A DNA stretch of 64,000 nucleotides from Dictyostelium discoideum (GCA_000004695.1 CM000153.2:4608001-4672000), one strand, 5' to 3'; numbered from the stretch's first letter, positions 54,342 through 64,000 are shown. Translations and numbers: made by a program. The notes: generated by a model from the sequence alone, not told the origin.

Positions 54342-54901
54342 AGCAATAATAATTATATCATGTAATGGTATATTTTCAACTTTATAGTTAACTACTATAA
54401 ATATGGATTTATGCAATCACTATAGTTTAATTTTTATTATTTAAATTTTATTTATATAATATTTATTTCATTCTTTTTTCTTTGTTAACAAAAATACAAA
54501 CATCCCACACAATACAAAATCAAAAACAAAGATAAAAGAAAAACAAAAAAAATGAAATAAATAATATATAAATAATAAAAAATTAAATAATAAAAGTCAA
54601 ACAAATTAAAAATATGCTTTGATACATTCGTTTGTTACAAGGAGGGATTTTCTGTTAAATTTCGTTGCAATATCTGGTACCTTAGAGTCAAACTATTTTC
54701 TTGGTGTCATTCTAGTCAATTACCTAAATGTTTCCTGTTTCAATCAAAGAAATTCTCTAAATAAATTTAAAAACCTTACAAAAACTTTTTTTTTTTTTTT
54801 TTTTTTTTTATTTTATTTTATTTTTTTTTTTAATTTTAATTATCCATAATAATCAATCAAAACATTAAAAAAAAAAAAATAAAAAAAAATAAAATGATAA
54901 C

Positions 54902-55198
54902 ATGTATATATATATTTTTTTAATTTTAACTTTTTATTTTTTAAAATTAAATGGTGAACTAATAACATTGCAAATCAATGCAAATGGAAATAATGTATAT
55001 AAAAGTGGTGATCAAAGTGGTAATTCAGCATTTAAATGTAATTCAATAAATGATGCAATTTCTTATTTTGAAACAATTAAAGTATATAATCAATCATTGA
55101 TGGCACCGATTAATAACAATAATAATACTATTAAAATATTTATAACAATATCACCTCTCCTCCTCTTGGTAATATGGTTGAATAAAAATAAAAAATAA
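54902..55198 (+). pseudogene. 5' fragment of the B-family gene, unit 3 (signal peptide plus first domain only).
   Basis: MYIYIFLILTFYFLKLNGELITLQINANGNNVYKSGDQSGNSAFKCNSINDAISYFETIKVYNQSLMAPINNNNNTIKIFITISP.... Confidence 0.45.
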
Positions 55199-55745
55199 AA
55201 AGTGGTTGTGTATCAATCTTAAAATTTTATTTTATCACTCTGTAAAAATATTTTTAATTCATTCCAAAAATCATAATTAACCACAGATAAAAAAAATATA
55301 TTGTTTAAATAATAGATATTTTATTACCAATTAACCTCACTTATTTTGCTATATAAAAAGTGTTGATTTATATTATTACTTTAAAAAAAAAAAATAATAA
55401 CATTGGGATTTAATTTTATTTTTTACTCCAAAAAATTATCATTATTTTTTTTTTTTTTTTTTTTATAATATTAAATTAAAAAAAATAAATAAAATTAAAA
55501 AAACATGTTCTCTTATTTTTTTGGGTTAAAATGAAAATGAGATTTAATTTAATTATTTTTTTTTTCCACTCCCAAAATTTTTTAATTTTTTTTTATTTTT
55601 TTCATTTTTAAATTTTTTTTTTTTAGACACCATTTTTTTTTTTTTTCATTCCTTTTTTTATTTTCATCCATTTTGCACTATAATTATTATAATTATTTTT
55701 AAACACACACACTATTTTAAACATTTCTTTCCTTTCTTCCACGCA

Positions 55746-56138
55746 ATGTTTTCTACCTGGAATTTCTTTGATGACCCTCCTGGTATTAACCTCGAACCTC
55801 TCACAGCGACCTACGTCGAAGTGGAAGGGATAGAGAATGATATCAAGAGAGGATCGAGTCAATTCTATGAAGATACTGTTCATCTTTGTTTTAAATTACC
55901 CAGGTTTTTAAAGAAATCTCGCAATTTCTTACAGCCGTACCTTGATATTAAACATTCGAGACTAAACTATACACAATTAACAAACTCTATAGACTATTCA
56001 AAAGTCTTTGTTGAAGAGTGTATAGCATGTTTTGGTGATAATGTTGGGGTCAATAATTTATTAAAGAATATTCTGCGTGATATGGATAGGCTAAAGGTAC
56101 ATTATTGTTCAGATGGTGGTATATTTTCATCTTTATAG
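55746..56138 (+). CDS. A-family small protein, copy 3 (130 aa, with in-frame deletions relative to copies 1 and 2).
   Basis: MFSTWNFFDDPPGINLEPLTATYVEVEGIENDIKR...HYCSDGGIFSSL. Confidence 0.55.
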   Translation: MFSTWNFFDDPPGINLEPLTATYVEVEGIENDIKRGSSQFYEDTVHLCFKLPRFLKKSRNFLQPYLDIKHSRLNYTQLTNSIDYSKVFVEECIACFGDNVGVNNLLKNILRDMDRLKVHYCSDGGIFSSL

Positions 56139-56228
56139 TTAAAACTATAAAAATGGGTTTATACAATCATAGTTTAATTTTTATTCTTTATTATTACTAT
56201 TTCATTCTCTTTTTTTTACTTTCACCTT

Positions 56229-56285
<57 letters not shown>

Positions 56286-56439
56286 TTACAAAATACAAAC
56301 ATCACACACAACAAAAAATAACAAAAAACCAAAACAAAATCAAACAAAATCAAACAAAATCAAATATGAAGGGTAAAAGAAAAAATGAAAAAAAAAAAAA
56401 ATAATCAAAAAAGTCAAACTATACAAATTAATAATATCC

Positions 56440-57560
56440 TTCCTTCTAACCAACCTTCATTGATATATCCGACGATAATACACCGAATGTTCAACAGAAG
56501 GAAGGAATTCAAATCTACCTCAATGTATCCTACGAGGATACATTGCGAGCTCCCAAGGATATTCAAATCTATCTCATTAGAATGAAGGATATTCAAATCT
56601 ACCCCAATGTATCCTATGAGGATACATTGCGAGCCCCCAAGGATATTCAAATCTATCTTCAATGAATCCGATGGATAATATTGGACACTCATTAGAATGA
56701 AGGATATTCAAATCAACCCCAATGTATCCTACGAGGATACATTGCGAGCCCCAAGGATATTCAAATCTATCTTCAAAGTATCCAATTGATAATACCTTGA
56801 AAACTAATTAGAATGAAGGATATTCGCCCCAATCTTCAATGTATCCGATAGGATACATTGAACCCTCTCAAGAAGGATATTCAATCTATCCTCAATGTAT
56901 CCAATTGATAATACCTTGAACACTCATTAGAATGAGGGATATTCAAATAAACCTTCGATGTATCCGATAGGATACATTGAACCCTCACCGAAATGATATT
57001 CAAATCTATCTTCAATATATCCAATGGATAATATATTGAACACTCAGTAGAAGGAAGGATATTCAAATCAACCTTCAATGTATCTGATACATTGAACCCT
57101 TATCAGAAGGATATTCAGTCTATATTCAATGTATCCGATGGATAATACATTGAACACTCAATAGAAGGAAGGATATTCATATCAACCGGTCAGATACATT
57201 GAACACTCATTAGAATGAAGGATATTCAAATCAATCTCCAATGTATGGGATAAATTCATCGGTTAGAAGGAAGGATATTTAATCAACCTTCAATGTATTC
57301 GATCGGATACATTTAACGCTCACTAGAAAGAAGGATATTCAAATCAATATCCAATGCATCCCATCGGCATACAGAACGCTCACTAGAGAAGGATATTCAA
57401 ATCAACCTCCAATGTATTGGATACATTCGTTGATTTGGGTCCTTCTCTAGTGAGCGTTCAATGTATGCCGATGGGATGCACTGAACGCTGATTAGAAGGA
57501 AGGATATTCAAATCAATGCCAATGTATGGAATACATTCATTGGTTAGAAGGAAGGATTTA
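56440..57560. repeat. Satellite-like array of about 20 tandem, hairpin-forming 52-63 bp units. There are two alternating subtypes, giving a higher-order repeat of about 115 bp, and a palindromic inversion centre near 57430. The array is derived from the single hairpin element of the other units.
   Basis: Units begin with ggatattcaaatc and contain the palindrome caatgtatcc...ggatacattg. The subtypes are ...ccccaatgtatcctacgaggatacattgcgagccccaa and ...tcttcaatgtatccaattgataataccttgaacactcattagaatgaa. Near 57372-57458 the arms acgctcactagagaagga / tccttctctagtgagcgt form a larger inverted repeat. GC content is markedly above local background. Confidence 0.8.
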
Positions 57561-57949
57561 AAAACAGAAAAAACTAAAAAAAGAAAAGTGAAATTCCATG
57601 TGCCTTGGAGTCAAACAATTTTCCCATTGAAATTCCAGTCAATTACCAAAATGCATTGCTGTTTCAATAAAGAAATTCTCTAAATAAATTTCAATACCAT
57701 TTTAATCCTCTTAATCAAAACAATAGTTTTTTTTTTTTTTTTAAATTAGTCCTTTTAGATTTTATTAAATAAAAAATATTTTTTTAACATCCATTTAATA
57801 ATAATAATTAAACCAAACGTATTTTTCATCATTAATAATAAAAAATGAAAAGACTATTTTTTTTTTTTATTATTATTCATATTAAATAGTATAAAATAAT
57901 AAATAATAATATCTTTTTTTTTTTAATTTTTAACTTTTTATTTTTTATA

Positions 57950-58400
57950 ATTAAATGGTGAACTAATAACATTGCAAATCAATGCAAATGGAAATAATAT
58001 GAAAGTGGTGACCAATGTGGTTATTCAACATTTACATGTAATTCAATAATTAATGCAATTTCTTATTTTAAAAAAATTAAAGTATATAATCAATCCTCAG
58101 AAATTTAAATTTATCAACCATTGAAATTACTTTTAGATGATTGTATATATAAAATTGGTAATCAATAATATTTTTTCAATATAATATTGAAATTTTGCCT
58201 TTAAATCAAAAATCTAAAAATGTAATCATTAATGATTCTTCAATTAATAACAATAATAATAGTATTAAAACATTTATTATAATATCACCTCCTGGTAATG
58301 TGGTTGAATCTTATACAATTTTTTAAACTAGTGGAAATAAATTCAACAATTTCACATTTACAATTGTAACTTCTTTAAATAATTTTTAACATAATTACAT
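57950..58400 (+). pseudogene. Degenerate 5' fragment of the B-family gene, unit 4, fused to an antisense fragment of the 47553 gene.
   Basis: attaaatggtgaactaataacattgcaaatcaatgcaaatggaaataat... with frameshifts. It ends in ataattacataatccatccaatagtattgg, the reverse complement of the 47553 CDS segment encoding GLCNYVIKLSKEVTTV. Confidence 0.4.
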
Positions 58401-58464
58401 AATCCATCCAATAGTATTGGTGGGGTTGTATTTGAAATATTTATTTTTTACATGTATAAAATTG

Positions 58465-58523
<59 letters not shown>

Positions 58524-58772
58524 CTAGTATGAATTTAAAATAAAAATTAAAAGCAATTAAATTAAAAAATCACTTCTCTCATTTTTTTAAGTTTTGTGTA
58601 AAATATCTCGAGATTTAATCTAATTATTTATTTTTTTTTTTTTTTTTTTTAATTTTTAAATTTTTTTTTTTTTTTTTTTCACCTTTAAATTTGATTTTTT
58701 TTTTTCATTCTCTTTGAATAAGACCTTACTGTTTTAATTTTAATATTTCTTTTTTTCCCATCCACCACGGCA

Positions 58773-59159
58773 ATGTTTTCTCCCGGGGATAGTTTCAATT
58801 TCTATGATGACCCAACTCTTGGTATTAACCTCCAACCTCTCACAACGACGTATGTTGAAGTGGAAGATATAGAGAATGATATCAAGAGAGTATCAAGTAT
58901 GTTCTATGAGGACACTGTTCTTCTTAGTTATAAATTACCCGAGCATTTAAAGAAATCACGTAATTTCTTACAGCCATACCTTGATATTAAACATTCAAAA
59001 TTAAACTATACACAACTAACAAACTCTATTGACTTTGCAAAAGTCTTTGTTAAAGAAGGTATAGCTTGTTTTGGTGATAATGTTGGTATCAATAATTTGT
59101 TAGAAGATATATTGCGTGATATGGATAGGTTAAAGGTATATTATATTGAAATAGTGTAG
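58773..59159 (+). CDS. A-family small protein, copy 4 (128 aa, altered C-terminus).
   Basis: MFSPGDSFNFYDDPTLGINLQPLTTTYVEVEDIENDIKR...DMDRLKVYYIEIV*. Confidence 0.5.
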   Translation: MFSPGDSFNFYDDPTLGINLQPLTTTYVEVEDIENDIKRVSSMFYEDTVLLSYKLPEHLKKSRNFLQPYLDIKHSKLNYTQLTNSIDFAKVFVKEGIACFGDNVGINNLLEDILRDMDRLKVYYIEIV

Positions 59160-59431
59160 CATATTTTCATTTTTATAGTTAACATTATAAAAATGGATTT
59201 ATGCAACAATATTTTAATTTTTATTATTATTTTAATTTTTATATTATTTATTTCATTCTTTTTTTTTCTTCTTTTTTTTCTTTATTTTTTTCTTTTTTTT
59301 GTTTGTACTTCCCACACAACAACAAAAAAAAAAAAAACAAAAACAAAAAAATAACAAAAGATAACCAAACAAAATCAAACAAAATCAAACAAAATCAAAT
59401 AAAATCAAAAACAAAGGTAATAGAAAAAATG

Positions 59432-59468
<37 letters not shown>

Positions 59469-59522
59469 AAATATATAATATATAAATAATAAAAAAAGTT
59501 TATCAAACAATATTAAAAATAT

Positions 59523-59580
59523 ACTTCCTTCTAATCAAACTTCAATGTTTGGATACATTGAAGGTTGATCAGAAGGAAGA
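59523..59580. repeat. Hairpin element, unit-5 copy (diverged).
   Basis: cttccttctaatcaaacttcaatgtttggatacattgaaggttgatcagaagg. Confidence 0.6.
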
Positions 59581-60006
59581 ATATTCAAATCCCAATGTAT
59601 CGGATACATTCCTTGGTTAGAATGAAGGGTTTTCTGTTTATTTTAAAGAAAAGCGAAATTCTGTGGCAATATCGACATCAGGTGCCTTAGAGTCAAACTA
59701 TTTTTTCAATAACATTCCAATCAATTTTCAAAATGCATTCCAGTTTTTCAATCAAGGAAATCCCCTAAAATAAATTTAAATACCATTTTAATACATAAAA
59801 ACTGTAACTTTTTTTTTTTTTTTTTTTTTTTTTAGTTCAATTACTCCTATTTTATTAAAAAATATTTTTTAACTTTCTTTTACCATACCAAATGTATTTT
59901 TCATTTTAAATGTAATGAAAATCATTATTTGAAGAATATATTTTAAAAAATGAAAGGACAAAACTTACCCAGATTTTTTTTTTTTGGATTTTCAAGAAAA
60001 AAAATA

Positions 60007-60037
<31 letters not shown>

Positions 60038-60475
60038 GAGTAAACTTTGTCTTTTTAAATTTTATTAAATAAAAAAATATTTTTTTAACATCTATTTAAA
60101 TAATAATTAAACCAAATTTATTTTTCATCATTAATAATAAAAAATAATTATTATTCAAACAATTTATTTTAAAATAAAATGGAAAGACGATTTTTTTTGA
60201 GGTTTTATAGAAAACCTTCATTTTCTTGAAACACACAATTTTATTTATTTTTATTTTTATATTTTTAAATTTTTTTTTTTTGGGTTTTAAAGAAAAACCA
60301 TCTTTTTCCCAATAACTACAATTTTATTTATTTTTATTTTTATTTTTTTTAATTTTTTTTTTGGATATTTTCTTAAAAACAGACCATTTTGATTTTATTT
60401 TCTATTTTTTTTTTTTTTTTTTTATTTTAATCATTCGATCGAAACATTAAAAAAAAAAAAAAAAAAAATTATAAA

Positions 60476-61993
60476 ATGATAAAATATATTTTTCCATTTT
60501 TTTTAATTTTAACTTTTTATTTTTTAAAATTAAATGGTGAACTAATAACATTGCAAATCAATGCAAATGGAAACAATGTATATAAAAGTGGTGATCAGTG
60601 TGGTAACTCAACATTTACATGTAATTCAATAAATGATGCAATTTCTTATTTTGAAACAATTAAAGTATACAATTAATCATCAGAAATTCAAATTTATCAA
60701 CCATTGAAATTACTTTTAGATGATGGTATTTATAAAATTGAAAATCAATTAATACTTTTTGAATATAATATTGAAATTTCACCTTTAAATCTAAACTCTA
60801 AAAATGTAACCATCGATGGTACCTCAATTTATAACAATAATAATAATAATATTAAAACATTTATTACAATATCACCTCCTACAGGTAATATAGTTGAATC
60901 CTATAAATCCCATAGCATTTTTAAAATTAATGGAATTAATTTCAATAATTTCACATTTACAATAATTTACATTTATAAAACTTATTTAAATGTAGTAGGA
61001 TCATTTGAAAATTGTAATTTTAATAATTTTAAAAGTGAATTTCCAATGTTTTACCTAATTAATAATAATAATAATAACATAATAAGTAATTTATATTATA
61101 ATATAAATTCATCATTTGCTTTAACGAATTGTTCAATGATCAGTAATTCAAATATAGGTTATAATTCATCTATAATTAATAGTAAAAAATTCAGTGTACT
61201 TATTTATCGATCAAAATTCCAATCAATTAATGAATGTAATAATTTTGGTTACTTTTATGATAGTTCTCGATTAACAATTTATAATAGTTCAATAAATAAT
61301 AATAATTGTAAAATAATTTTCAATATAAATAAAATTAATAAGTTAGATGTATTCAATACAAAATTTGAAAATAATAATGGAACAATATTCAATATTAAAT
61401 TTAATTCAAATGAAGGTTTAATTTCAATTAAAAATAGTAGCTTTATCAATAATTATGGTGGTAGTATTATTAATTTAGAATCAAATAATAATATTCCTTT
61501 TGAAAATTTAAAAAAAAATCCACAACTATTTAGAGACTCTACATTTTTTAATAATTCATTCAATGGAAATGGAAGTATAATTAATTCAATTGGTGCTTAT
61601 TTTATTGTTTCTGGTGAATTTGAAAATAATAAAGCATTAAATCACCAAGGTGATTTATTTTATTTACAAGATAGTTATTGTTTAATAGAAGATTCAAAAA
61701 TAAATCAAGTTAATAATTTACCAAGTGGTAAAGGTTCAATAATTTATTTACAAAAATCAGAATTAGAAATATCAAGTGGTAATTTCAAACTAGATGGTTC
61801 ACTTGTTTGTAATTCTTCAAAAATAAAACTTTTACGAAATACAATTGTTTTTAAACCTACTATTGACTGTCAAAATTGTACCTTTAATAACAATAATTAT
61901 TGTGAACTTAATTTTGGAATAAAAAATAAAATATCAATTCTTTTAAATTTAATAATATTATTACTATTATTATTATTATCACTATCAATATAA
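60476..61993 (+). CDS. Full-length B-family gene: an Asn-rich, heavily N-glycosylated type I membrane protein with beta-helix-like (PbH1-type) repeats and a C-terminal TM. The single reading frame is interrupted by one in-frame TAA at 60674-60676, so it is a possible recent pseudogene or a sequencing error.
   Basis: The ORF-track ORFs 60476-60676 and 60704-61993 are in the same frame (codon starts 2 mod 3), separated by one taa. The downstream part has no ATG for 112 codons. The product has a signal peptide MIKYIFPFFLILTFYFLKLNG, then repeats such as NSSFINNYGGSIINLESNNN and FENNKALNHQGDLFYLQDS, and a C-terminal [20 protein letters not shown]. Confidence 0.5.
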
Positions 61994-62085
61994 TTAATAA
62001 AATAAACAAGAAATAAAAAAAAAAATCACTTTTATTTTTAATTTTTAATTTTTAATTTTTATTTTTAATATTTAATTTTTAATTT

Positions 62086-62910
62086 TCAAAGTGATATTAA
62101 TAAAATTAATAATGATACAATTGTTGAAATAATATTAATATTTAAAAAAGAACTAGATGAATCAAAGTCATTTGATGATGATGATGATGATAATGAAGAT
62201 AATTGAGAATCAAAAGAAAATGAAGGAGTTGTATAATTTACAGTTTGATTGATTGGATTTGAATCAGTGAGGAAATTAAACATTTTTAAGGATTTGAAAT
62301 TATCACAATTTGTACTATTTGAAGGATATGTTTGTTTTAAAATACATGATTGCGGTTTACAATCACTTGTTAAACATTCATAAACATTAATTGTCATACC
62401 ATCTTTACCAATACATTCTCTCCTTTGATATCTAATTGTTGTACTATTATTACTATTATCATTTGAAGACGTTTCTAATTTTAATGGATCATTACCAAAA
62501 TTCATTTTAATACATGTATTATTTCTATAAGAATTTATGAAATAATTTTCACAATTAAAATAATTTACTTCATTACAATAGGTATCTATATTTCTTGGAT
62601 TAAACTCTGAATCGTTTATGATATATTGATATGATGTACCATCAGTGTTTAAATAACATTGTTTGGTTTGTACAAATTCTGTTATATCTCGTTCGATTGA
62701 ACATTGATCTTGATTATTAACTTTTGTGATTGCTAATTTACCACCTGCTCCTTTTTGAAAGTATGAATATCTTGAACAATTTGTACTACCAATTGTAAAT
62801 AATAATTCTCCTTTACATAATATATTACTATATTTAATTATATGTACTTCAAATCCAATTATTTTTTTAATTAAAAATATAATAAATATAATTTTTATTA
62901 TTAATTTCAT
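62086..62910 (-). CDS. Cys-rich type I membrane protein with a Ser-rich juxtamembrane region. A paralog of the gene at 47553-48260.
   Basis: A 274-aa ORF with signal MKLIIKIIFIIFLIKKIIG, a CKG....C...C pattern, and a C-terminal TM IISTIVSLLILLISL. Confidence 0.45.
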   Translation of the reverse strand: MKLIIKIIFIIFLIKKIIGFEVHIIKYSNILCKGELLFTIGSTNCSRYSYFQKGAGGKLAITKVNNQDQCSIERDITEFVQTKQCYLNTDGTSYQYIINDSEFNPRNIDTYCNEVNYFNCENYFINSYRNNTCIKMNFGNDPLKLETSSNDNSNNSTTIRYQRRECIGKDGMTINVYECLTSDCKPQSCILKQTYPSNSTNCDNFKSLKMFNFLTDSNPINQTVNYTTPSFSFDSQLSSLSSSSSSNDFDSSSSFLNINIISTIVSLLILLISL

Positions 62911-62954
62911 GTCTTTTTTTTTTTTGATTTAATTTAAATACATTTATTATTTGG

Positions 62955-62987
<33 letters not shown>

Positions 62988-63349
62988 AACACAAAACTGT
63001 ATAGAAAAAAAAAAAAATTTTAAAAATAAAATAAAATAAAAAATCTCAAACTACAATTAACACACATACATACACACAAACCCAACAAAATAAATAAAAA
63101 AAAATAAAAAAATAATTAAAAAAATAATTAAAAAAATAATAAAAAAAAAAAAATAATTAAAAAAAAAATTCAAATCATTTAATTAATTAAAAATAGATAG
63201 CAGAAAAAAAAAAAAAAAATAAAAATAAAAATAATAATAATAATAAAAATATCATTTTCACTCACTTTTTTTTATATATTTAAAACTTTATTTTTTATTT
63301 CCATTGCATTTCATTTAATTTTTTGGAACTATATTGAATTTGATGCTTT

Positions 63350-63393
<44 letters not shown>

Positions 63394-63664
63394 AAAAATA
63401 AAAATAAAAATAAAAATAAAAATAAAACAAAATTAAAAAAAAAAACCAAAATTAAAAATTTTTTTTTTTTTTCGCCCACATATAAGTTTCAATTTGAAAT
63501 TTAAAAGACACCAGTGTCTTCAAAAAAAAAGAGTTAATAGGTTTTTTTTTTTTTTTCAATCTTCTCTTTTATTTATTTTATTTATTTCATTTTTTTTTTT
63601 TTTTTTTTTCATTTTTTTTATAAATTATACATATTCAATTAAATAAGCGCATAAAAAAAAAAAA

Positions 63665-63834
63665 ATGACAATTCTAACCAAACCTCACCAATTACAAAAT
63701 TGTGAAAAATTCCATCCATGGGCAAAAACATGCACATCATCAGCATCACAAATTTGGTTTGCAGTATTCCTTGCAGGTTTAAAACTATACGCACCATTAT
63801 TTTTAGTTCCTGCATTAATATTTAAAAGAAAAAG
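63665..63834 (+). CDS. First exon of a TMEM135-like (peroxisomal membrane protein) gene. The rest lies beyond the window.
   Basis: MTILTKPHQLQNCEKFHPWAKTCTSSASQIWFAVFLAGLKLYAPLFLVPALIFKRK, followed by a GTAATA donor at 63835. The NC.....HPW...C.......W......L..Y.PL.L...L.KRK pattern matches my recollection of the TMEM135 N-terminus. A read-through stop occurs 1 codon after the donor. Confidence 0.4.
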
Positions 63835-63859
63835 GTAATAAATTTCATACAAACAACAA

Positions 63860-63958
63860 TAAACAAACAAACAAACAAACAAACAAACAAACAAACAAAC
63901 AAACAAACAAACAAACAAACAAACAAACAAACAAACAAACAAACAAACAAACAAACAA
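63860..63958. repeat. (CAAA)n microsatellite (about 25 copies), intronic or intergenic.
   Basis: Direct reading. It generates the spurious minus-strand ORF 63685-63954 (FVCL repeats). Confidence 0.9.
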
Positions 63959-64000
63959 AAAGATATTGAAAGAGAGAAACAATTGGAAATAATAATAATA

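Larger units (their letters stand above)
48300..60470 (+). repeat. Tandem array of five composite repeat units of roughly 1.7-3.2 kb produced by segmental duplication. Each unit has a promoter-like block, an A-family small gene, a (CAAAAT)n tract with a long hairpin, a poly-T tract, a 5' fragment of the B gene and an antisense fragment of the 47553 gene.
   Basis: Recurring near-identical blocks appear at about 48431/50947/53469/55200/58400 (gtgtatgtgtgtctatttt...ctgtaaaaatatttttaattcattcc...cataattaacaacagataaaaaatt) and at 48795/51198 (aattggtgaatttaaaaataaaaataaaaat...cacctcactcatttttttgggt.tggaaatgagatttaatcttattat). The A ORFs sit at 49116/51532/55746/58773. The downstream gaaattctgttgcaatatcgatatctggtgtcttagagtcaaactattttctcaatggcattccaatcaatttccaaaat block recurs at 49990/52436/54655/57590/59655. 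Confidence 0.75.

Noticed and set aside
56414-57078. Minus-strand ORFs 56414-56692 and 56881-57078 with IDLNIL repeats
   Set aside because: They are generated by the periodic hairpin satellite. There is no start context and the repeat-unit periodicity explains the open frame.
60661-60716. Possible 55-nt intron (gtatac...ttttag) that would remove the in-frame TAA of the B gene
   Set aside because: The donor and acceptor phases do not match (0 versus 1). The length is below the usual dictyostelid intron minimum. Paralogous copies read straight through this region in frame.
63685-63954. Minus-strand ORF with (FVCL)n
   Set aside because: It is the translation of the (GTTT)n/(CAAA)n microsatellite.

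Overview
This is a eukaryotic nuclear window, not prokaryotic. It is about 75-80% AT, with oligo(dA)/(dT) intergenic runs and exons that are GC-richer than their surroundings. Introns are short and AT-rich with GTAAGT/GTATGT...AG boundaries. Coding regions carry (AAT)n/(CAA)n-encoded poly-Asn/Gln/Thr tracts. These are the hallmarks of a dictyostelid social amoeba (Dictyostelium discoideum-like) chromosome. I see no operons, CRISPR arrays or tRNA/rRNA genes, and no prokaryote-style defence island, so I do not claim one.

Ordinary genes, left to right: a partial leishmanolysin (GP63/M8)-like peptidase; gamma-glutamyl hydrolase; a 2-exon PH/RUN-like protein; a giant VPS13-family lipid-transfer protein (about 4592 aa, CDS 8198-22066 minus, one 90-nt intron); a secreted Cys/Gly-Ser-rich protein; a tandem-BRCT protein; a Tim17/22/23-family translocase; a 5'-truncated non-LTR retrotransposon interrupted by a 100-N gap flanked by about 1.2 kb direct duplicates; a small 4-exon gene invisible to the ORF track; a TruA/Pus1-family tRNA pseudouridine synthase; a divergent pair of small 2-TM paralogs; two GPI-type ponticulin-like proteins; an SDR oxidoreductase; a DNAJC21/Jjj1-like J-protein; an LDAH-like lipid-droplet hydrolase; and a 3-exon LRR protein.

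The most unusual region is 48.3-62.0 kb. It is a recent tandem array of five composite units of roughly 1.7-3.2 kb, each carrying a small protein-coding gene of an unrecognised family (MFSPRDSFNFFDDP..., 4 close copies plus 1 divergent). Each unit also carries a 5' fragment of an Asn-rich beta-helix-like membrane glycoprotein gene, an antisense fragment of the flanking Cys-rich membrane-protein gene, and a conserved long hairpin element. In one unit the hairpin has expanded into a roughly 1.1-kb satellite-like array of about 20 hairpin-forming 52-63 bp repeats with a palindromic centre. Only the last unit keeps the full-length glycoprotein gene, and it carries a single in-frame TAA. A TMEM135-like first exon sits at the window's right edge.
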